A stretch of 64,000 nt of DNA, from assembly GCA_040954595.2 (NCBI GenBank), contig CM082587.2:7987705-8051704 (forward strand), read 5' to 3'. This document shows positions 53,101-64,000 of the stretch, piece by piece (position 1 is the stretch's first letter; each line of letters opens with the position of its first letter). The position numbers and the translations under genes are program-made. Under the pieces are notes generated by a model. That model saw only the letters and a list, made by a program, of their open reading frames with translations, ran no database searches and had not been told where the DNA came from. The DNA is from Balanoglossus misakiensis (Eukaryota > Animalia > Hemichordata).

Positions 53101-55363
53101 TTTCTGAGCTGATTGCAATGTCACAAATTCAAAGATTTGGAAAAACGGAAAAGTACATATTATTAGACGCACCCTGCTTTCAGCATGGTGGAGGACAAGC
53201 CCCCTTTCATTCAATGCAGAAGACTGACTAACAGAAGACTGACTAACAGTGATTTTCTTTGCCATTGTTTCAACTACGTCTTTTCCATTGTCTCAACTGC
53301 CCATAATTGCTGGGTCGAAAGTGATTAATGTGCGGGTTGCGGGCTGCGGGTTGCGGGCTGCAGGCTGACAATGAATAAAAATAAAATCAGAATAAAAATC
53401 GCAGCGATGATCGAATGCATCTCTGTGTCACGTTGTGGTTGTGAAATGATCTGATATTAAATGCTGATATGTTCGGATCGACATGGTTTCCATGCAGATT
53501 ACTCCCATGGACAGCTAGCTGCAGGCAAACCCCATTCTATATCGTGTAGTTGCAACGACCCGACTTGTGTAGGGACATTTGAACGGCAACAGAAAGCAAA
53601 GTGAGCGTAATTCAATAAAACGACCTATACAAGCCTGAACTCTGATTATTTCTGGTCCCAAAACTCATTTCGTGAAAAACTCACTGGACTCAGTGTTTAC
53701 GTATTTCAGCGAGTACTACCGCTGGAAGTGACTGGGATTATGGCTGATTAATTTATGCTAATGAGGCCGCGCACACAGTAGTGAGTGTGAGGGTCAAAGT
53801 CCGCTGCCGGAGTTGTGGCGCAAATCGCGTAAATTGAACTTCTGGGAGGCAATCATTTGATCGTTTCTGTTGACATATAATATTATTATTCTTTCATTAT
53901 CAAAACACAACTATATTTTACGACCCGCAATCGGCGACCCGCAACCCGCAGCCCGCAACCCGCAATTTAACGCTTCCCTGCTGGGTCTACGTCTTTTCCA
54001 TTGTCTCAGTTGCCTATAATTGCTCAGCTGGTCAACGCAACGTCCATGAAACATGCATGAAATTAACATATGAATACACTAGAAATTATGAAAGGGAAGC
54101 GTTAAATTGCGGGTTGCGGGCTGCCGGTTGCGGGTCGCCGATTGCGGGTCGTAAAATATAGTTGTGTTTTGATAATGAAAGAATAATAATATTATATGTC
54201 AACAGAAACGATCAAATGATTGCCTCCCAGAAGTTCAATTTGCGCCACAACTCCGGCAGCGGACTTTGACCCTCACACTCACTACTGTGTGCGCGGCCTC
54301 ATTAGCATAAATTAATCGGCCATAATCCCAGTCACTTCCAGCGGTAGTACTCGCTGAAATACGTAAACACTGAGTCCAGTGAGTTTTTCACGAAATGAGT
54401 TTTGGGACCAGAAATAATCAGAGTTCAGGCTTGTATAGGTCGTTTTATTGAATTACGCTCACTTTGCTTTCTGTTGCCGTTCAAATGTCCCTACACAAGT
54501 CGGGTCGTTGCAACTACACGATATAGAATGGGGTTTGCCTGCAGCTAGCTGTCCATGGGAGTAATCTGCATGGAAACCATGTCGATCCGAACATATCAGC
54601 ATTTAATATCAGATCATTTCACAACCACAACGTGACACAGAGATGCATTCGATCATCGCTGCGATTTTTATTCTGATTTTATTTTTATTCATTGTCAGCC
54701 TGCAGCCCGCAACCCGCAGCCCGCAACCCGCACATTAATCACTTTCGACCCAGCAATTATGGGCAGTTGAGACAATGGAAAAGACGTAGTTGAAACAATG
54801 GCAAAGAAAATCACTGTTAGTCAGTCTTCTGTTAGTCAGTCTTCTGCATTGAATGAAAGGGGGCTTGTCCTCCACCATGCTGAAAGCAGGGTGCGTCTAA
54901 TAATATGTACTTTTCCGTTTTTCCAAATCTTTGAATTTGTGACATTGCAATCAGCTCAGAAAAGGGGTGCGTCTATAAATACGGATTGGTCTACAAATAT
55001 GACTTTAACGGTAAGCTGGAGCATTTTGTCTTTGAATGTCACAGTACATTTGCGCCTGTTCACGATTGCCAACTCAACGATTGTCCCAATGCATATTGAT
55101 TGCCACACAGATACAGGGCGACGGTGAACGCAAATAGACCAGTATAAAAATCCACTCACCCCTGGCATTATAACTCTCTCAACATCCGCGAAAACATCTT
55201 CCCACTTGTCAGGGTCTTCGGGAGCGGCGTCGGGAACCAGTTTACTGAGGTAGCCGGGCTGGACTTGAGATAATGGCGGTCGCTCCTCGATGTTGTCCAA
55301 GTAATCGGCGACATAGTCGATCATTGCCTTCCCCCACTTACGGAAATCGTTGGAATCAACCAT
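38180..55363 (-). CDS. DDC: Aromatic-L-amino-acid (DOPA) decarboxylase paralog 2, canonical (~491 aa)
   Basis: Coding exons 55363-55160, 42620-42507, 41951-41832, 41445-41308, 41005-40862, 40523-40457, 40254-40160, 39785-39627, 39358-39260, 38877-38776, 38413-38180 (TAA). Canonical motifs: AYFP (Y79-F80), AHSSVER (H192), [17 protein letters not shown] (Y332), PLGRRFR (G354). Confidence 0.93.
44424..50942 (+). mobile_element. Nested stack of five non-autonomous Helentron-like (HINE/DINE-1-type) elements in DDC-2 intron 1
   Basis: Heads consist of a subTIR plus a nearby inverted copy (ggggcacaagc..gcttgtgcccc; cgggcccaagc..gcttgggcccg) followed by a T/CT-rich tract. Tails consist of the matching subTIR plus a gctgc-tt-gcagc stem-loop and end in T-rich sequence. 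No TSD. Superfamily assignment is from structure only. Confidence 0.75.
52400..52573. mobile_element. Kolobok-like MITE
   Basis: ttaa|aggtatacggtcacct...aggtgaccgtatacct|ttaa; near-identical to 10201-10375. Confidence 0.85.
53052..55011. repeat. Long inverted repeat (arms ~920 bp, spacer ~115 bp); TA-flanked fold-back element
   Basis: 53052-53978 is the near-perfect reverse complement of 54094-55011; ends ta|ccgttaaagtc...gactttaacgg|ta. The same 73-aa spurious ORF appears on both strands. Confidence 0.92.
53317..53978. mobile_element. Mutator-like non-autonomous element with 9-bp TSD; second copy inverted at 54094-54746
   Basis: TIRs contain (gcgggtt/gcgggct) repeats; the element is flanked by tgctgggtc at 53308-53316 and 53979-53987. 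Confidence 0.75.
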
Positions 55364-57466
55364 GATGACACACGTCTGCGGTGCTTTACCTGATCTGTCC
55401 GCAGTTGGAATGAGGTTCCACTCTGCTCAACTGAAGGAAGAGTGTCGGGGGGGGGGGGGGAGTAAAGTGTTATGGAAACAATGAACAATAGAAAATTAAT
55501 TATTAAAATACAGAGGGGATGTAGATTCGCCGGGGGTGCACTCCCTATCTTTACCAATACGCATGCTTGCCACGTATACTTTTGGTACTGTGTTTTTGAG
55601 GGTTTTTTTTCAGGACTTTGGTCTAAAATGTGTTTTGAAAAATCCTCCATTCGAGGTCTAAAACGGGAAACATGCATTGTCCGTCACCTGACCAAAGTTA
55701 CACCAGTTATCTAGGGACACTCACACGGAGGGGGAATCTCTTTTGTTCTGACACTTAGGCCTACAGGTTTTCCCTTTTTAAACACGAAGTTCTTCAAACG
55801 AACTACCGCATACGAGAATTACAGGATATAAATGTTCATTCATGTCGATTGATACTAGCAACAAACGTCCAGTTTACGACGTGCAATCTCAACGATTGCA
55901 GACGCTGGGTTTTACCGTAACTACGCTTTATTCAGCATTCCGTAATTTCATAGCGAGAAGAGTAATGATATGAACATATCGGCAAGGTGCGATATTTACT
56001 CAACAAACATCACCCTCTGGCGTCAGTGACCTTGGCTAACGATATTGATTATGTAAATCCTTCAGTGTTCGGTTTTCTGCCCGCAGTGTGTTTCTGTCAA
56101 ATTAAACCCAACTTTCGATCTCTCTCTCAACTACGAAGCCCCAATCGCACATATTTTCATTACATCGGTATTCCATATAGATATCCAAAATTCGAGGTTG
56201 GTGCACGTGAAGTACGGGTTTTGGTCGAAAATTTCGTCGTAAACCTTCACCACGCTCCTTGGATTATATACTTAAACGAAATGTCAACCCAACTGCCATA
56301 ATTTCTGTAAACATATGACGGATCTATGGTTGAGTTTAAAGATCGCCATCATTACTAACGCGTCGCAATGACTTAGCAGGCTTACCACCGTCATAAACCA
56401 AATAAAATCATTGCCTTAAAATACAGCCGGTGTACCCTTTCGTCGGGTAACGTCATGATCTTTAGAAAAGGGCACAAGAGTGAAACTCAAAAATAAACGA
56501 GCGAGTGAGGTGGGCGCATTTTCCAAGAGAAGACTGTGAATAAGAAAGCTTACCTGACTCCGGCTAGAAATTAAATGTAGCCTGTTGCTCGCACGGCCCC
56601 CTTATTGCTTTTCAATTCAACGGAAACCGACGAATCTATCACTGTATTTACATAAATGTCACGTGTCGACTGTTCAAGCCAAAACCAATAAAAAAGCGGC
56701 GCGTTAAAATGCGTTCAATTACTTCAATATTAACTCTATTGTATATGTAGCAGTCTCTAGACTGCAGTAATCGAGCTGAGTCTACGGCTGCATCGATCTG
56801 CTGTAAAATGCCCCCCCCCCTCCCCCGATAATTATATTGATGCGTCTTCTGAGGTAGAAATTACCAAAATAAGATTCCGCGATTACAATGAATGTTTATA
56901 TGATGTTTCATGATCTCCGTAATATTGATCGCATTGACTGTATGGCAGTGCTGATATAGGCAGGAGAATTTATGCCGTTAGCTGACTCAGTGGTCTCAAA
57001 CGATGTAGCGCAGTTTGTATAGTGACCATTTTGAAGACGATTTCTGTTAGTATCGGACAAACTGGAATTGTTCCCAACAGAGAACCCAGATTTACACACA
57101 CGCTATAAAATGGATGGAAAGCCTTAGCACGTTCCCATTTGTGTACTGAGGAATCTCGTGGTCATCGCCCCTTCATTTTGGTCCACGCGTAAAACACAGT
57201 GAATCTATACTGTGTGTTGGCGTGGGTTAGTGTCTGTCTGACTGCCTGCCTGCCTGTTGGCGAGCATTGGTCTTTGTGTCGGCCTGTCTGCGTGCGCGCG
57301 TTTCCTTATGATAACTCAAACACTTCTCCATCAAATATAATAATCTTTACACGCTCAACATGATTTTGATATCATTTCAGGAATTTATTTGTTATGTGGC
57401 ACTTTGGTGTACCTTTTATCGTTTGATATTGAAATGTATGTGTGTATAACCCTTTAAACGTCAAAC

Positions 57467-57487
57467 CATCATCATCATCATCATCAT

Positions 57488-57564
<77 letters not shown>
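57467..57564. repeat. (CAT)n microsatellite
   Basis: About 32 units with one interruption. Confidence 0.97.
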
Positions 57565-58594
57565 CAGTAAGTTGTCTACACGGCTTGGTGCAAGAGGAAA
57601 TGTAGGACCCCATTACTGTTCAAATTTTCTATAGCTAAATTCTTAACTTTATGTCGCCTTTTCTGAATTTGTACGTGGGCTGAAGGCATTAAAATGCAAT
57701 AAACATCCATCAATGAATTTATCAAAAACCGGGTGAAATTTACAGTGAATCAAAGTCACCTTTCCGACTAACTTGCCCAGCGGAAAAACGTCAAACTGAA
57801 TTCAGAGTCGTTGATTAAATTAAGCATGCCCCATAGAAGGAGCCACTAACATTCGGAAGCGCTTCATCTGTTGCTAGGAAACGGCACTCTGAGAGCCCCG
57901 TGAAAAAAGCGACCCACTTAAGATTCACGTGATAGAGAAGAAAACGTGGTATTATTACGTTATGTTAATATTTATAGGATACTCTTTCCATTGTGTTTGT
58001 GGCTGGTGACGTTGCCCACTTGGCCGCCTGAGATCTGCACTGACGCTGTCACTGTGATTAGCATTTTAAATATATACGCGTGTTGAATTCTGCTCGTGAA
58101 ATGGGCAGTTTGTTTTCCGAGGTGGAACCTTTCTTCAAATTTCAGACTATATTTGCGCGGCTAACAGGCACTGTGGTGCAGAGTCGAACAATCCTCTAAC
58201 GCCGCCGTAGATTTATCACGTAGGAAGAGTGAGGACGCCCCCAACCCTACTTCCAATCCCATCTTTTAGTTCAGGGGTTCGCAGACGTTAGCTAATGTCT
58301 TACCGGTTACTGTTCAAGTTGCGTGCCACGGCCAGGTTTGTTACTACGGTATCTCAACAAGAGCTTAACAGGTTCAAGTCAAATGTGGCATGTGGTATTC
58401 AGGTAGTAGCAAGGATTTGTTAGGTGTTTGGGGCGTGCCGTGCATATTAATGATGGCATGACAGTTTTCTATGGAGAGCACAATTTCTCAGATAATCGCG
58501 CAAATTAAAATTGGCTGACCATCAACTACGTGGCAGGAGTTAAAAATCCTTGTGTTTCCCTACAACTCGAAAGTTCCATTTCTGCATATCCGAG

Positions 58595-58698
58595 TAGACT
58601 GAAATATTCAGTCGTGTGCGGGCGCTCCGGTGCATTTGTCCATGTGAAGTGTCGTAGACAGGCCGGAGCGCCCGCACACGACTGAATCATTTAGTCTA
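58595..58698. mobile_element. Small hairpin MITE-like palindrome
   Basis: 25-bp perfect stem attcagtcgtgtgcgggcgctccgg / ccggagcgcccgcacacgactgaat, extended by tagact..agtcta. Confidence 0.7.
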
Positions 58699-59448
58699 GT
58701 CCAATTCAAGCTACATGTAATACATTTATGCCAACGATTCATTTCTCTTCAGACGACCTCGCTCAAGTGACTGTACACCATTTAACCATTTGATGCGTTA
58801 TCGGATAAATGATTAAAATGTCATTGAATCAGTATCATCTCGGGAATATCTATACAAATCCTGTAAAGTACCTCACATAACGTTGGCTGCTATGTTTTGG
58901 TTGTTATGAAGACCATGTCGATCCGGCAATACTGCTATATCATATTGTGGCTGTGCGGTCTGAAGCAATACCAAAAAGACTGCTGGAAAAGACTCACTCA
59001 TCAACTTATTCATTGATTTATTCATTTACAGTCAGAATATGTACAGAGAAACCACAAAAGTTAACAATCGCTTGAAGACACTACGACGTACAGTAACGTT
59101 TAGGAATGTATTGGAAAAAAATCATACTTTCTGTGTCTAAGAAATAAAATGAAAAAGGCTAAAATAAGTGTTAAGGTTACACCAAAGCTAATCTGAAATT
59201 GTCATTCTATCACAACAAAAACTTGTAGAATACATATGCACACTGGTCACGCATGTTAACTGGAATATGCACATATAGTGTTGTAAGGAAACTACATAAC
59301 GTTAAAATTTCACACCATCTGTTTTATGTATGACTTAATGATTATTGAATATAAATGCAGATACAAATGTAATATCTCCCCATCTATCTGAGAGCTATAG
59401 TAATTTTGGGAGAGTTGGTTATTCGGGTGTCAATATAAACGTTTCCTG

Positions 59449-61411
<1,963 letters not shown>

Positions 61412-61441
<30 letters not shown>

Positions 61442-62746
61442 GTTGTACGAACCCACAGTGTGTACTTAATGCTTCGCCTGAATCTCCATCACTCCAACTA
61501 TGAAAGTTCAATTCTAACTGCGCAATATGAGTAGCATCGCTCAACGCTATTGGACAACCAACAAAAACCAGTACGTCACACTTTTATGATTGTTCGAGAT
61601 CACCCCCATTGTCGTCGTTCCAAACCACTGAACGATCGCTTGGACAACTCACCATAGTTTTCAATTGTCTGATAATACTTTTTGCCCCACGTAGGCCACG
61701 TAGGCCTACTCTCAGTTTCACGATAGCCTAAAAATAACTTCCTAAGCTCCGTGTCGGGCTGTAGGCCTATCTTCATGTTGTACGAACCCACAGTGTGTAC
61801 TTAATGCTTCGCCTGAATCTCCATCACCCCAACTATGAAAGTTCAATTCTAACTGCGCAATATGAGTAGCATCGCTCAACGCTATTGGACAACCAACAAA
61901 AACCAGTACGTCACACTTTTATGATTGTTCGAGATCACCCCCATTGTCGTCGTTCCAAACCACTGAACGATCGCTTGGACAACTCACCATAGTTTTCAAT
62001 TGTCTGATAATACTTTTTGCCCCACGTAGGCCACGTAGGCCTACTCTCAGTTTCACGATAGCCTAAAAATAACTTCCTAAGCTCCGTGTCGGACTGTAGG
62101 CCTATCTTCATGTTGTACGAACCCACAGTGTGTACTTAATGCTTAGCCTGAATCCCCAATACTCCAACTGTGAAAGTTCAATTCTAACTGCGCAATATGA
62201 GTAGCATCGCTCTATACGCTATTGGACAACCAACAAAAAACAGTACGTCACACTAGTATGATTGTTCGAGATCACCCTCATTGTCGTCGTTCCAAACCAC
62301 TGAACGATCGCTTGGACAACTCACCATAGTTTTCAATTGTCTGATAATACTTTTTGCCCCACGTAGGCCACGTAGGCCTACTCTCAGTTTCACGGTAGCC
62401 TAAAAATAATTTCCTAAGCTCCGTGTTGGGCTGTAGGCCTATCTTAGTGTTGTACGAACCCACAGTGTGTACTTAATGCTTCGCCTGAATCTCCAGAACT
62501 CCAACTATGAAAGTTCAATACAAAATGCACAAAATGGAAAGCACCGCTCTACGCTATTGGACAACCAACAAAACCAGTACGTCACACTAGTATTGTTCGA
62601 GATCACCCCATTGTCGTCGTTCCAAAACAATGAACGATCGCTTGGACAACTCACCATAGTTTTCAATTGTCTGATAGTACTTTTTGCCCCAGGTAGGCCT
62701 GCTTTCACTTTCACGGTAGCCTAAAAATAATTTCCTAGGCTCGTGT
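61412..62746. repeat. Tandem array of four ~335-bp units overlapping the EAR-gene start
   Basis: Unit starts ctccgtgt at 61412, 61747, 62082 and 62419; the first three units are near-identical and the fourth is more diverged. Confidence 0.93.
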
Positions 62747-64000
62747 TTGGAATTTAAAACAGATGAGAGACAATACCAAATGATACAATGTTAAAGGTGA
62801 CATTATAACCCCAAAACGTATCGATCAGCAGTTGTAAATAAATTATCCACACATACCATATAATTAAGTTCATCCGGGCGTATTTTACAAATTTGGGGTC
62901 CGATGTAGGCTTCAATTACAAAGAAATTTATCGTGATTAAAATCGCAGGTAGAACGCACCTTCGAGCGTCGTAGTTACAGGTACGAGGGACTTTTGATAG
63001 TGGAATAGGAAGCACTGAACACTAACAGTCTTTGTTTTCATTCCAACAAGATGGATTTTTCGCCACAACATGTAGAACCACAGTTAGGTGGCCATGCGAC
63101 AAAACAATTAGACACTCCCTATAGAACATATAAGGGTACAATGAAACGAAGAGTGATTGTAGGCCTTTAATAATAGGATTTCGTAGTAGCCAAAACAGAG
63201 TATAAATGTCTGTTCTCTACGGGTTTTAAAGGCGGGTTGCTGTTTACACGGTAAATTTATCAGCGTGACTGTAGACATGTTTGGCCCAACAACTATCGTG
63301 ATACTACAAGTCGACGGCGTCAATCTCGGTTTTCGCGCACTTAGTGGAGGCATGGGTTATAATTTTGAGACAGAGATCTCCATTTGTTCGAGGTCAGTAA
63401 TTCGATCAGTTGTGTGTAAGTGCAAGTTGGTGAAATCGGCATCTCATTGTACGGCTTAGCCCTTGAGGTCAGGCAGCTCAGCAGGTAAAGGTTATACTCA
63501 AGTTGTTGTATGTTCTAAGTGTAGGCCCCTGTACAAATAGTCACCGAACAAAGGATTAGAGTTTTCCCTCTTGTTAAGGATGTGTGGCTGAGACGAAAAC
63601 TTGGGTCGTCTGCATTCGTGGGTCATTCGGCTTCAAACGAGGTTGATGGCGGGTGGCAGGGAGAGCCTTTCTCAACACTGTAAGTGCGATAAAAGGTCCA
63701 CTACGCCCGTGGCCGACAGGTCTGTAGCTCTCAGCTATACAGTGCGGATTTGGGTAGTTTGTACCAAGGAAGGTAAACAGTGTCGTAAAATCGATAAAGT
63801 AACCATTGATAAACATCTGACGTGAAAGGTCATATCATAGAGTGAATAACTGAAGACGATGGAAGTTCGGAATATAAGGGTCATTATACTGAGATGTAAT
63901 TGATTTCAAATAATAAGGTTGTTATCTAAACGCATAATGTTATACATTTGTAGAAGTAGGTGAAGATACATTATTAATTTCACTTACCAACGATTAATGT

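Noticed and set aside
53044-55127. Identical [14 protein letters not shown]... on both strands
   Set aside because: A consequence of the inverted repeat; no coding features.
57177-57360. Possible decayed Helentron-like head with (ctgt/ctgc)n tract
   Set aside because: No matching tail found; too degenerate to support.

Overview
Eukaryotic, intron-rich, AT-rich animal genomic DNA. It resembles a marine invertebrate deuterostome, but the taxon cannot be fixed from sequence alone. Contents in order: (1) the 3' half of a membrane-anchored VWDE-like gene (+, ends 3990); (2) a 4-exon FAM124-like gene (+, 6324-24239); (3) a tandem pair of complete 11-coding-exon aromatic-L-amino-acid decarboxylase (DDC/AADC) paralogs (-, 28149-33874 and 38180-55363) with a Merlin/IS1595-transposase-derived ORF between them; (4) a 3-exon type II membrane EAR/EPTP-repeat gene (-, 59449-61441) whose start lies in a 335-bp tandem array. 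Main observation: the upstream DDC is canonical, whereas the downstream paralog carries the catalytic-loop Tyr332->Phe change that turns AADCs into aromatic acetaldehyde synthases, plus the Phe79-Tyr80 swap of insect DHPAA synthase. The exons carrying these residues stay diverged while neighbouring exons look homogenised, which suggests a neofunctionalised amine-plus-aldehyde enzyme pair. Intron 1 of the canonical copy holds a perfectly nested stack of five Helentron-like elements and a ~1.96-kb fold-back structure. All exon models, alignments and counts were made by eye; no database searches were run.
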